DNA from: Scyliorhinus canicula
Taxonomy: Eukaryota
Assembly (NCBI RefSeq): GCF_902713615.1
Contig: NC_052146.1
Span: forward strand, 245,347,827-245,411,826
Reading direction: 5' to 3'
Length of the DNA stretch: 64,000 bases
The translations under genes were made by a program, and so were the position numbers. Below, one piece after another: positions 35,210 through 48,089 of this stretch. The notes below the pieces were generated by a model. The model was not told where the DNA came from. It saw only the letters and a list, made by a program, of their open reading frames with translations, and did not search any database. Position 1 is the first letter of the stretch; each line of letters opens with the position of its first letter.

Positions 35210-38200
35210 TGGCAAGATCAGAATTCTGCAGTGGCGTGGTAAGAAACCAGTAATCACCAATAAAGACCAATCTCCAGCCCATTAACGGGGAATACCCCTA
35301 TCGACCAGCCTCCAGTGATCTTACTGCCTCTCCAGCGAGCAATCAATCATTTAAAAAGGTGAAGTTGGTGGAGTAGCTGCTGTGGGGATCTTAGTAGCCA
35401 TCTTGAATTAGGGCACTCCAGCTACTGCCCCGGTGCACGCACGGGGGAGGGGGGCTTGAGGGTGGGAGGTGGAGGAGCCTCCAGGGGAGAGTGAATGGGC
35501 TCAGTAGGGGAGTTGGCCACCATTGGTGGGAGGTCCAGCGTCTGCAGGGCCCGGCATGCCAACCCCCCTGGATTGTGTATACCCATAATGGGGACAGCTC
35601 CAGACACTGCCTGTCCCACTGAACTCACCCGGGACAGTGCCCTGTACGTGGTAATATGGCGAAGGTCAATTTAACCCCCATGGACCATGGCGGCCTCTGA
35701 CTGCACAGCTGAAGGCTATTGCTAATTGGGAACTGGAAATTCTAGTAATGTGAACACTTCACAGGTCATAATGTGGATCCCTGTGGGTGCATCTACCATG
35801 GATGTGAGGGTGGGGAATGCCTGGGGATCCAAAGGGACTGGGGTGAAAGCCATAATTGTTTGTCAATCTCTCACCCTCTCTACTTCCTTTATTATGGGCC
35901 AGGGTTTAGGGAACACCCAAGTATATCCGAAAGTTCACCTGACCTACAACTTTTAATAGATTTTGGTTATGAGGAGCACAAGGGCCCACTTTCCAGGTGG
36001 TATGCAACAGAGACCTTAAGCATTTTTAAACAAAACAATGTTTATTCTATGAATCCAGTTAACATTTAATAAACACACAGTAAACATCTTATCAACTACC
36101 AACACTGATAACCCCCCAAAAATTAGTAACTTTCCTAACAACATCCATAAGCCAAACACCCTTTTTTCCTCCAAAACAGTAGGTTTGCATTCCTTACAGA
36201 AACAGGTAATACTTTGAAGTTATCACATGGTCTGGAGACATTCTTTAGCATGCAGAGAGAGAGAGAGAACAAAATATACCTCCTTGGTTTGAATGCAGCT
36301 CTCCAACTGAAAACAAAACTAAAAAGATCTCAGAGCCACAAAGCAGCTTCCAGCTCAAAATGAAAGTAAAAGACAGGATCACAGCCCAGCTCCACCCACA
36401 CAGTGACATCACTGCAGCCATTTGCTAAAACACGCTTTTCTTAAAGAGACCCTCACATGACACCTTGCAGTTATCACAGTATGAATGATATTGTGGACCC
36501 TGTTGAAGCTGCTATTGCAGTGCTGGTGGTAGGCCAGGTGGCCAGACACCGGAGAAGGCGGCGGTAGCGCATCAATGGAGTCTCGATGCGGCAGCTCATG
36601 TAAAGGGCCCCACCCTATACCCTGAGGATCCAGCCACCTGTCAGACCAGGGAGGGATCCAAAGGGGGAAGCTGGTGATGGTCCAAGGTGCACAGGCATCG
36701 CTGATCTTTCGAACAGATGTTGGACAGCATGTGCCGCAGGAGGCTCCTCCTCAACAAGGAGACGGTGCAGTACATATGCCACATCCTTGCGGACCTGGCA
36801 CCACATGGAGAGGAGAATACCTGTTCCTGGTGGTTATCAAGGTCACTGCAGTCCTGAACCTCTAAGCCTCGGGATCATTCCATGGCTCAAGTGAGAACTT
36901 GTGTAGCATTTCCCAACCTATAGCCCACAAGTGCATCCGTGAAGTCACGGATGCCCTGTTTGCCCGGGTAGCCGACTATATAAACTTTGACCTGGACCAA
37001 GCACAACAAAATGGCCATGCATCAGGATTGTCTGCCATCGTCCGGATGCCCCAGGTCCAGGGGGTAATAGATGGTTGACTCGCTCACACCAAGCGGTCCT
37101 GGAGCACGCTTCATCGACAGGAAGGGCTCCACTCCTGAACATCCAGTTAGTGTGTGACCACCTCATTCAGATCATGCACATGTGTGCATGTTTCCTCGCG
37201 AGTGTGCACGTCAGCTATATCCTGGGGCAGACGGAGATTCGAGGGACACCCCGGGATGACCGGTTGGCTCTTGGATGATGATGCCAGTACGGAGGCCAAT
37301 ATGGAGACCCGCTATAATGAAGCCCATGTGGTCACCTGGGCTGTCATTGAGTGGTGCATCGGACTCCTCAAAATGCTGTTCAGATGCCTCGACTGCTCTG
37401 GTGGTACACCGCATTACGCCACCTGGAGGGTCGCCCGCTTTGTGGTGGTCTGCTGTGCCCTCCACAACATGGCATAGCAGTGAGGCGACATGCTGGAGGT
37501 GGAGGAGAAGGAACATGTGGCCCACCTCAGGAGGAGGACAAGGAGGAGCCGGACCAGGAAGGTTTGGAAGATGAGCTCGGGGAGGACCCGCGGACAGCCA
37601 GAGGATGGAGGACGTGCAGCAGTGGCGAGGGTCCGGCATGCTCGGAGGGCCAGAGACACAGTCCTCAGCGACCGCAACATGCTCAGGGGTGCCTCAGCAA
37701 TGTCCACCTGAGACTGAGACATGCTCGGCTGAGCCTCGGAAAGATCCACCTGCACCAGGGATACATTCCCCAGTGACTGGGACATGTTTTTGAGATGCTC
37801 AGTCAGGGCTATCACTCACTGGGCCAAACCTTGGATACCATTAGTGAAGCTGCTCCAGGCTCTCCATTGCCACCTTAGCAGTGTTGTCCTCAGTGCCACA
37901 CATTGCCACCGCTATCTCCTGTGCCCATAGCCTTTGGAACTTCTCTAGTCGGCTATGACCCTGCTGGACTCAGCTGGGTCCTGGGATACGGCAGACCTCC
38001 GACTTCTGCCTCCCCTGGGTGTTCCTGCCTCCACCTGATGTGCATCTGCAACTGTGTAGTGCTCACCAGAATGTGCCCCAGAAGCCTGTTCACTACTTTC
38101 ACCCACCGGGACACGTGTCTCTGCGCTGGTGAAGGGTAGTGATGACATCCGTGAAGTGATGACGGTGGCATATGGGTCGGCACCGCCGGTTTGCAATCCT

Positions 38201-38862
38201 GCGGGAGAATGGACATGTGGTCAGTGGGAGAGAAGGATCATCAATCTGGCATGAACAACTGACGTGTGGCCGGTCATCTGGGTGGGGGCAGGTGGATCCT
38301 CACCTCTGCGGCGCAGGCCAATATCGACGTCAGTGACAAATCTACCTTCTGTAACCCCACGACATCCAGAATCTATTTCTCATAGGCTGTGAGGACCCTG
38401 AGGTCCGACACACTGCTGTCCATCTGGGTCCTCATCACTCTGTTGTGGGTGAACTTCTCTTGCCTGGACAGAGAGAGGATGTTGTCAGCCGCACGTTTCA
38501 TGCATCATGGGGGGAGGGGTCTTTGACAGGGGCCGGTTTGGGCATCAAGATGGCTGGGTGCCTAGGGGAGAGCCATCCTGCCCTGACCACCCAGGGGCCC
38601 CAAATGGCCTGGGAGACCCGACAGGTGCCGTTCTACCTATTCCACGTTTGAGCAGACCAGTACTACTCAGTGCCTGGCTGGTGTCTCCCTGGGGAGGCCG
38701 ATAAATGCAGGGTGCTGGTTAGATCCCGTATTGGCACAGTTAAGTGGGTTCTTAAACCCACTTAGCCATGTGAGACTCACAAGGAACAATGGCCATCGGG
38801 AAGCCTGGAGGGAGGCCTCTCACGACATTACCGAGCACAATGAAGCCAGTAAATCACGCCCC
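35210..38862. mobile_element. Harbinger transposon 2, decayed: transposase + ~36480-37660, Myb - ~37660-38650
   Basis: CRRRLLLNKETV, VVIKVTAVLNL, FIDRKG, AVIEWCIGLLKMLFRCLD, VVVCCALHN; right TIR CAGTAAATCACGCCC. Left end approximate. Confidence 0.8.
35890..36462 (-). mobile_element. Solo LTR (same family as 9704-12071)
   Basis: TSD CCTT (35886-35889/36463-36466); ends CACATGACA. Confidence 0.85.
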
Positions 38863-40307
38863 CTATCTAGATAAGATATCCAAGTGATGTGATTCCCACA
38901 TGAAAGAAAAATTGTAATACCATGCCCCATGCCAAATACCTTCTTGTAGCCAATTGCAGAGCAGCCTAAAATATAAGTATATTCTTTATGTTCTTCCCTT
39001 TTCCCTTAATTTCCTCTATCTAACTGCTTATTCTGGTGTACATTTCGTGAAACACTTGCCCTCTGCTAACTTACACAAGTACTCAATCTCCATTCATTCT
39101 AAGCAATGAGAGTTTCCAAGATATTTGACTGCAGGAATATCGCAACTGGAGTGTAAGTTTGCCCTCATTCATCATTCATGCATGCTTGCTCTCCCACCAG
39201 AAAATAATCAGGAGCAGGTACGCTGGCTGATTATTCCCCACTTGAGGAGACAGAGATAGATTACCATAGCCTCATGGCTGAGTTAACTGATTTCAGATCA
39301 GTGATTTACCTCAGGTGAAATTCAGCCAGTCAATAACCTTAATGAAAAAGTTAGCATTGAGTACAAAATGGAATTACTGGTTTTGTGCTTCAAGTGACTT
39401 TCGGCAGGCATTTCATCTGTGGAGAGAAAAAGAGAGTTAATGTGAAAGGTGAAAGGTCAGGCAAAAGTTCATCAACTTGAAACGTTGTCAACTTTGTTTT
39501 TCTCTCCACAGATGATGTCAGACCGATTATGCATGTGCAACATTTTCTGTTTTGATTTTTAGCATCCACAGTAGTTTGCTTTTGTATATGTTGTAGGACA
39601 CATTTTATCTCAGGGGTCTCTGTGATCTTTATGGCTGCAAAGAGTCTTATCCTTGTGTCCCAGCAAGGAAATAGCCTAAAAATACACATTGTCTGGCTTA
39701 ATATACGGAGACTGGTCACTTGGGTAAGATAGAGCAAGTGCATTTTTCAAAGGTCAGTGGAGAACACAATACTGAGGCAGCAGGCAGGTGCTATGATCCA
39801 AAACTGAATATAGCCACAGAGCGAGTGAGGAACAGAGAAACAACATGATGCCATTTGCATTGTTAATCATTTGCCATTGCTTACCTTGTCATTATATGCT
39901 AACCCTTTACCCTCTGTCCCTTTTCTAGGTCCTTCAGACAATTGTAGCAATGCAGCTGCATAGAAGCACATCTGTTTGCTTTTTTCTACTGGAACCTACC
40001 CACCAAAAATCCATGCTTTAACTGTTTACTCATTTTTAGAAATTATTGTATTTCTCTCAATATAAAACAGAACGTTAGATTTTGTATTCCTTATTCTGTG
40101 TCCAAATTACAGGGAATGCATACAAACTATATGGGGTTTTCCTGTGTCACTCACAAGGTAGATTTTACAAATTGGCACACACACAGCACTCAATTGTCTG
40201 TGCCAGGAGTATGAATTCATAAAATCCATCCAAATATATCCAACAAAATCTTTGAAAAAAGTTTGCTTTTCTAACTTCAGAAACTGGTGTCTTTCAGATG
40301 CAAGGAA

Positions 40308-41630
40308 CTGTATGTAGTATAAGGGAGTGATAGACACAGAGTAAATGTGGAACTCCGTACCAGCCACACAGTGATGTGGGAGAACACATGTCCTGCACCA
40401 AGTGGTCAGTATTACTGTTGGGCCGAGCCATGAGTAGAAGCAAGCATGGAGACAGCTCTTAGCTTGCACCTTTACTGTACTTTTGTATATATATTTTTCA
40501 TAGTTAATAAATACTTACTGTTGAACTACCTAAGACTACAATTACCTTAATAAAACCTATTGAACTAATCCTTACAAGGTGGCAGCAAATGGAACAACTC
40601 TAAACTTCGCAGAGACTGCAGAAATAATTTGAAATCTGGGAAAACTGAAGAAAAATATTCTGACCTAAAGAAAAGTTCAAGAAATTAAAGAGTAGAAAGA
40701 AATCAAAGAAAAGCTCAGGAGTAACAAAATCCTTGAAAGGGCTAAATGAATCAATGTGTCCAGCATCCAGGAGAACCTGTTTACTCTTTACTGAGCTGTA
40801 CAGAATGGCTGAAGGCTTGATTACCTTAACCTGAAAACTGAACTAATTAGGGATGGAAGTGATAGATGATGCACACACAGACATGCTTCAAATGAAGGCA
40901 GATCTAACCCTTGAAAAGGCCATCCACATTGCCAGGCAGTCTGAAATCCATCTGCAGCATAAATCCATATTAAGCAGAGAAAGCAAACCATAATATAAAG
41001 TAAACCCCACAGTCCAATCAGTGAAACAGCACAGAAACAGGAACACTCCAGGCCAAGGGAAGAATACCCTAACCGACCAGCCATGTGACTAAGCGGGCAA
41101 AGCACCCTCGCAGGCATCGTCAATGTTCGGCAATTTCAGCCCAATGTAACCAGATCAAGCACATAAGAAAGCTAGGCAAAGCCAAAATATCAAAATGCAC
41201 AAAAGATCCCAAGAGGATTCATGAGGTCAAATCAGCACACCAAGTGGAGACACAAATGTGCACCTTGGGTAAGGTCAAAGATCCTGGATTTACCTGCTGG
41301 AATGTAGACATCTTGGTTAATGCCAATTTCACAGTTGGAAATGGGAGCCAGTGTTTTGGTTTTATCAGGCAAAGAACTGTGACTGAGAGACTTCCGGCTA
41401 CGAACAACACACAACTTTATGGGCCCAGAAGAATCTGAATTCTGATCATAGATATAATTCTGGAACCAAATATTTTGATAAGTTGATTTTTTGGGGGCTT
41501 TTGTTGAAAGGAGAACACATTGTCAAGGACACTCACTTCATTCTCGGCAATTGCGGTGGTCTTTTGTGAATCAGATCATAAGTCTTAAATGGGCCTCAAG
41601 GACCTACTGGGGGTGTGCAAGTGTTGTGTG
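40308..41630 (+). mobile_element. Old LTR retrotransposon remnant (LTR, PBS, gag/PR traces)
   Basis: TGTATG start, AATAAA, ...TTACA-AGGTGGCAGC PBS-like junction ~40577; LTLEKAIHIARQSE gag-like stretch. Confidence 0.5.
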
Positions 41631-41889
41631 ACATTGGAAAAATATTAGTCAAAATTAAATTTAGAAGATGGCTGTGGATATATTGCCTACTCTCAGAGTT
41701 CAAAAGTATTCAGGAGATTTACCTAAAACCCTCATGAAAAATTAGCTGCCTCTCCAATAAACGTAATAGTTTTAGTGCACAGGTTGCAGTATGATTTGTA
41801 GAATGAAGTAAGAGGACACCGAGCTTAAGTTTATTGCCTTTCTACTCCTGAAATTAATAGTACTAACTGTTTTTTAATTATGTCTAATT

Positions 41890-42330
41890 TAGTGCCCAGG
41901 TGGCCCTGCTAGACTGGCAGGGGTACTGTCAAGATGCCAGGCTGGTAGTGTCAAGACTTGTAGGTACCAGGCTGCCCATACCAGGGATTGGGTCTAGGGG
42001 TGCCCTGCCCTTAAGAGGTGGGGTGGGGGGGGGGGGGGCGCTCAAGGACCCCCTAAGAGGTGAGTTGGGGCATGGGAGATGGTCTGAGGGTGTCCGAGGG
42101 ATCGGAGCGGTATTTATAAATGGCGCCACGATCTCTTCCTGCCCTGGTGAGCTGAGCTCGTCAGTGCAGGAAGTGAGGTAAGTGCGGCTTTGGCGGGGCG
42201 TTCCCGAGCGAGGGCAGGAAAAAGCCAAGACTCCCGTTTGATACTGAGGTCGTTCTCGGTGCTGCAGGCGCTACGAAAAACCCGACTATACACGCCCAAA
42301 ACGGGACTTTGTTTTCTGCGTGCTAAATCG
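41890..42330. mobile_element. Harbinger-type non-autonomous fragment
   Basis: GC/CpG-rich island ending CTAAATC, similar to other MITE termini. Confidence 0.45.
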
Positions 42331-43894
42331 TACTGTATTTTCTTTTATAGGTGTAAATATTTAACATTTTTCCTCTGCAGAGTAAAACATTTTGTTTTGG
42401 TCCAATCTCGGAGGCAACTGTAAATAATATGAGAACATGTTTCATAAGAGGTCCACCTATTTTAGCCATGCAGACATTTAATTACCAATATGAATTTCCT
42501 CTGTGAACCAATTACAATTCTCATACTTGACTGGAGAAATCTTTGTGCAATATTTAGGACGCCATAACAATGTGTGAATAATACGGTTGAGAGTTACTTC
42601 ATGCCTAAGCCAGAATGAGTGATAATAAGTCGGTGTATGTGTAAATGAGAAGATGATAAAATTATTCATGGTTGGATGCACGGATGAGTTTCAGACAAAG
42701 CATTAAATAATGAAAATGTAGCTTTTCCCAACTAAGTGACTTGCATTATCCACAGTGTCCTGTTTTCGGAATAAAACATTTTATGAATTAAACCAAATGT
42801 TGCTTTCTCCAGTGTTAATTCAATCCACCTTTGGGCAGATTAAAAAGGAACATGCCTGTTTATGATACAAGGTCTGGCGCTGATCATAAAGCAGATTCAT
42901 TGTTGCATTACCTGGTCTTGCTGCTGCACCAGTAGATAGAGGGCAACAGGGGGCAACTTCTTTAAAATGCAGACAGTCAGTCTGCTTGAGGGAGTGACTG
43001 ACACCATTGAACCTGTGGTAGATCAAAATACATAACATCCATTAATGTGCACTGCGTAGGCTTATACACATGGGTCACAACCTTCAGGGGATGACTGTCA
43101 GTAAAAACAAAATGGTGTGAATGCTAGTGGAAGGTATCATAAGCATTTATAATTCCCCCTCTTTTTCCTATAATACAGCGGGGGGGGGGGGGGGGGGGGA
43201 GGACTTGGGGCCTAAGTAAAGTGTTCTTTCGGAGAGTTGGGGCAGACTCGATAGGCCAACTGGTCTCCTTCTGCACTGTAGGGATTCTATGAAAATTGCT
43301 GGATCCTGATTGCAAAAGTTAACATGATACCTGAAGAGATAAAAAATAAGGGCTAAATTTGATTATGTCATGGATAAAAACAAAACAAAGCATATTCATG
43401 TACCATTGTCAGAACACTGAGGCAGGGATAGATCATATCTTATATGAGGTAGGCATCACATAATATAAGTGATGGTAAATGCAATCTTTGAGATTGGCTT
43501 TAATCTCGGCCCCAGTGCTAGGGGAGGAGGGGGTGCTATAGTGTTCCAGATCGGGGGTCGCCCCATTCGTCTGTGAGGCCTTCAAGCCATCTTTAAATAT
43601 TGAGGAGACCCATAACAGGGGTAACTACCCTTCTATCCGAACAAACACTTCCAGGACAGAGCCCTGTTCTTGGTCATATGCTGGAGACTACTTTAACTCC
43701 CTCTGACTGTGAGCAGCCTCTAGCTTCACAGCTGAAAACTATTATTAATAAGAAACTGGCCTTGTTAGTTATGTGAGCACTTGACAGCTCTCAACTGGTG
43801 CTGCAGGTTGTGTTTGCTGCTTGCTGCTGCTGGTGGCTACAAATGCCAAGAGGCTGCTGGTGTTTCTTTCCTTTTCTGTATCCGGAAAGAAGGA

Positions 43895-44272
43895 CAATTA
43901 TTTCTAAGATACCTGGGTCCTGGAACACCGGGCTCAGAGGGCTGTCTGAGTCCAGAAAGCAATCCAGTTTGAAGCAAGAAGACGCTGCGCAACATTGATC
44001 CAAATGGGCCACCTGATGTCGTTGTCAAAGAAATGCTTTCGCAGATTGCTGATGCTTTTGTTGTTGATGTGGTGAGTGTTGCATGTAACTGGCCCGTCAC
44101 CACGGGTTAAACAAGCTGGAAGTCAAGGATGTTCAACTGCACCTTGAGCGGCAGTGGGATATGTGGATGCCAGGATTTGGTTCTGGTGAGATTGGGACGT
44201 GTGGGAGGGCCTGCACAGCTGCAGCTCCTGGACAGAGAATAACACTGATGCGTGGAACAAGTAACACATTGA
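43895..44272 (+). pseudogene. TAF12: Processed TAF12 (TFIID subunit 12) pseudogene, copy A
   Basis: KIPG/PGTPGSEGCLSPESNPV; IDPN..VKEMLSQIADAFVVDVVSVAC; then after a frameshift LARHHGLNKLEVKDVQLHLERQWDMWMPGFGSGEI..ACT. Intronless. Confidence 0.92.
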
Positions 44273-44649
44273 TGGGCAGATCATTTCGATGTCAAATTTC
44301 TGGACATGATGACATATTCTCAAGCTTATCCTCCGTTTCTGTTGATGAACATGCTAGGGGTGATGCCGTGACTTTGTTTCTTTTGTGAAAATTAGCTTTT
44401 TATTGGTCCCAACATGGAATTGTGACATTGCCTTATTGATTAATGGTTAGTGTGACATATGGAATGTTAAGTAGTTGATTTTTAAATCTGTGTTACTGTT
44501 GACCATTTAATAAATAAAATATTCTCAAGTGGTGCTGCAGGTTGTGTCTGACACTTGCTGCTGCTTGTGGCTGCAAACGCCTGGAGGCTGCTGCTACTTT
44601 TCATTCTTTCCCTGTAGCCTGGAGTAAGACAACGGAGGATGGGAAGATG

Positions 44650-44846
44650 AAAATGAAATGAAATGAAAATTGCTTATTTTCACGAGTAGGCTTCAAAAGA
44701 AGTTACTGTGAAAAGCCCCTAGTCACCACATTCCGGCGCTTGTTCGGGGAGGCTGGTACGGGAATTGAACGTGCTGCTGGCCTGCCTTGATCTGCTTTCA
44801 AAGACAGTGATTTAGCCCTGTGCTAAACCAGCCCTGTGCTAAACCA
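44650..44846 (-). mobile_element. Rex1-tailed tRNA SINE
   Basis: Same family as 24538; TSD AGATGA; duplicated 5' end. Confidence 0.85.
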
Positions 44847-44884
44847 GATGACCTGCTGCCTGGGCTTGAGTAGGGGAACTCTTT

Positions 44885-45588
44885 GGCCGGGATTCTCCCC
44901 TACCCGGCGAGGTGGGGGGTCCTGGCGTGATGGAGTGGTGTGAACCACTCCGGCGTTGGGCCGCCCAGAAGGTGCGGAAATCTCCGCATCTTTAGGGGCC
45001 AAGCCCTCACATTGAGGGGTAGGCCCGCGCCGGAATGGTTGGCGCTCCGCCAGCTGGCATGGATGGCCTTTGGCGCCATGCCAGACGGGGCCGAAAGGAC
45101 TTCGCCGGGCAGCGTAAGTCCGCGCATGCACCGGAGCGTCAGCGTCTGCTGACGTCATCCCCGCGCATGCGCAGGGGAGGGGGTCACTTCTGCCTCCGCC
45201 ATGGTGAAGGCGGAAGGAAAAGAGTGCCCCCAAAGCACAGGCCCGCCCGCCGATCGGTGGGCCCCGATTGTGGGCCAGGCCACCGTGGGGGGAACCCCCC
45301 GGGGCCAGATCATCCCGCGCCCCCCTCAGGGCCCCAGCCCGCCCGCGCCATCAGTCCCGCCAGTCAGGTAGGTGTTTTGATTCCCGCCGGCGGGAGAGGC
45401 TTGACAGCGGCGGGACTTTGGCCCATCGCGGGCTGGAGAATCGCCGGGGGGGGGCCCGCCGACTGGCGAGGCGCGATTCCTGTCCCCGCCGAATCTCTGG
45501 TGGCGGAGAATTCGGACACAGCGGGGGCAGGATTGACGCCAGCCCTCGGCGATTCTCCGACCCGGCGGGGGGTCGGAGAATCCCGCCC
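44885..45588. mobile_element. Harbinger MITE, CpG-rich
   Basis: GGCCGGGATTCTCC / GGAGAATCCCGCCC TIRs; related to 11300-12043. Confidence 0.85.
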
Positions 45589-46284
45589 CAGATCTCTTCT
45601 TGCCTGCTTTGGGGGTGTTGTGTTTGATCCTTTGTACTTCAAGATAAACTCACCAAACACTTCGACCTGCCCAAACGAAGATCCTTTTATTGTGCCTCAT
45701 GTGGTAGGATGGCAATCTGATACAGAGCACATTATCATGGAGTCTTGTTACTTCTCTGAAACTTACACCTTCTGCTGACCTGTTACATGTGCATCTTATT
45801 ACACTCTATCTCGTGTTCTTCTCCAGATGGTCAGATGAGCATCTCTTTGGAAACAGGTCCCAGGTCACATGACCTTGGTCTTCAGATTGCATGGTGTGTC
45901 TGTACCGCCGCCTGCTGTTTCGAGGCCTCACACCATCCAACTATGATATGGCCCCTGGGGATATCACCTGGGGATGTGACCTTCCACTTCTGAGGAGTTT
46001 ACTGCTGGGAGCTGCAAGAGGGGGAGAGAGAGGCAGATCGATTTGGATGAGCAATGTTTGCTGCTTGTTGATGCTTGCAGCTGCAGCTGCCTGGAGGCTG
46101 TGTGTTTGTTTGCTGCCATCTCTTTGCTTTTGCAGCCTAGAGTAAGGAAAGGGTGGTAAGATGACCTGCTCCCTGGGCTGGAGCAGGAGAAGGGGAGCTC
46201 TTTCTCTCTTCTGATGTGCTCTGGGTCGGTGCAATTTTTCACTGCTGGGGAGTCTTCTTCTGGGAGCTTCAGGAAGGAGAGAGA

Positions 46285-46799
46285 AAGGCAGATTGATCTG
46301 AATAAGCAATTTGATGAAGGTGTTGAAGAAATGCCATTGCAGCTTGCAAGTGATTTTATTTTTGGTGTGGTGAGTGCTGCATGTCAACTAGCACAACACC
46401 GCAAGTCGAACATGCTGGACGTCGAGGCTGTTTTACTGCATCTTTTCTTTTAATTTACAGTACACAATTATTTTTTTCAAATTAAGGGACAATTTAGCGT
46501 GGCCAATCTACCTAACCTGCACATCTTTGGGTTGTGGAGGCGAAACCCACGCAAACACAGGGAGAATATGCAAACTCCTCACGGACAGTAACTCAAGACC
46601 GGGATTTGAACTTGAGTCCTCAGCGCCGTAGGCAGCAGTGCCAACCACTGTGCCACATGCCACCCCTGCTTTACTGCATCTTGAATTCTATTGGAACATA
46701 TGGGTATTGAGCTTTGGCTCCAATTGAATAAGGCCATATGGGAAGGCCTGTACAACGAAGGCTCGTAGACAGAGACTGATATGTAAAATGACCACATAG
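46285..46799 (+). pseudogene. TAF12: Processed TAF12 pseudogene, copy C, split by a SINE
   Basis: RQIDLNKQFDEGVEEMPLQLASDFIFGVVSAACQLAQHRKSNMLDVEAVLLHL|EFYWNIWVLSFGSN*IRPYGKACTTKARRQRL. Confidence 0.92.
46445..46669 (-). mobile_element. Short HE1/V-SINE variant
   Basis: 13-bp TSD TTTACTGCATCTT (46432-46444/46670-46682). Confidence 0.88.
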
Positions 46800-46977
46800 C
46801 AAGGATCCCCCATTCTGTTGACGACCTGTGAGGGGTGATAGTGTGTTTGATTTGTCTTTGTACAAATTAACTGTTGTAGCTTTGTGTTTGTAGTGGAAAT
46901 GTACCTGTATGTAAATGTCACAGTGCCTTTTCCTTGTTGATTAATGGTTACTGTGATTTATGGACTATTGAGTATTT

Positions 46978-47308
46978 CATAGAATCAGTGCACAAGACCA
47001 TTTGGCCCAGCGAGTCTGCACTGGCTCTTGGAAAGTGCACCCTAGCTAAGCCCACACCTCCACCCTATCCCTGTAACCCAGCAACCCCACCTAACCATTT
47101 TGAACAGTAAGGGGCAATGCAGCATGGCCAATCCACCTAACCTGCACATCTTTGGACTGTGAAAGAAAACCGGAGCACCCGGAGGAAACCCACACAGACA
47201 TGGGGAGAACATGCAGACTCCAGACAGACAGTGACCCAAACCAGAATCGAACCTGGGACCCTGGAGCTGTGAATCAACAGTGCTCACCACTGTGCTACTG
47301 TGCCGCCC
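46978..47308 (-). mobile_element. HE1/V-SINE, full length with CR1 tail
   Basis: tRNA head, V-domain, CR1-type tail. Confidence 0.88.
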
Positions 47309-47392
47309 ATAGTAGTTGGTTTTCATCTTTTTGTATAAAAGGTACTGTTGACCATTTAACAAACAAAATATTCTCAAATGCATTCTCATGGG

Positions 47393-47645
47393 TACATGTC
47401 TGCACGTCCTCCCCCTGTGTGCGTGGGTTTCCTCCGGGTGCTCCGGTTTCCTCCCACAGTCCAAAGATGTGCAGGTTAGGTGGATTGGCCATGCTAAATT
47501 GCCCGTAGTGTCCTAAAAAGTAAGGTTAAGGGGGGGTTGTTGGGTTATGGGTATAGGGTGGATACGTGGGTTTGAGTAGGGTGATCATGGCTCGGCACAA
47601 CATTGAGGGCCGAAGGGCCTGTTCTGTGCTGTACTGTTCTATGTG
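47393..47645 (+). mobile_element. HE1/V-SINE, 5'-truncated
   Basis: V-domain and GGGCCGAAGGGCCTGTTCTGTGCTGTACTGTTCTATG tail. Confidence 0.85.
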
Positions 47646-47761
47646 CCATCTCTCAGACGATGAACATTGCATCACATTTCAATCAAACCTTGAAGCCTGA
47701 ACAGTTTGCCAGAACTCTAGAAGCTTCAGCACCATATAGGCAGCAGCCAACAATCAGACAA

Positions 47762-48078
47762 GGGATGCAATGGTGTAGTGGTATTGTCACTGGACTAGTA
47801 ATCCAGAGACCCAGGGTAATGCTCGAGGGACCCAGGTTCAAATCCTGCCAGGTCAGATGGTGGAATTTGAATTCAATAAAAATCTGGAATTAAAAGTCTA
47901 AAGATGACTATGAAACCATTGTTAATTGTCGTAAAAACCCATCTGGTTCACTGATGTCCTTTAGGGAAGGGAATCTGTCATCCTTACCTGGTCTGGCCTA
48001 CATGTGACTCCAGGTTGATTCTGTGGGCAATAAATGCTGGCCAGCCAGTGATCCAGCCATGAACATACAAAGAAAAAA
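47762..48078 (+). mobile_element. tRNA-derived SINE (family of 33943)
   Basis: GGTATTGTCACTGGACTAGTAATCCAGAG head, GGTTCAAATCC B box. Confidence 0.8.
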
Positions 48079-48089
48079 ACACTCACGAG

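Larger units (their letters stand above)
43790..47380 (+). repeat. Head-to-tail array of three related units carrying TAF12-derived sequence
   Basis: Units start at 43797 and 44531 (GGTGCTGCAGGTTGTGT) and ~46055. Shared end ACTGTTGACCATTTAA...AAAATATTCTCAA at ~44495-44528 and ~47344-47377. Confidence 0.8.

Noticed and set aside
45035-45778. Long GC-rich ORFs here and at 11427-12098
   Set aside because: Stop-poor MITE sequence open on both strands, with no recognisable domain.
43895-46799. Functional TAF12 locus
   Set aside because: Intronless, frameshifted, with a stop codon and a SINE insertion.
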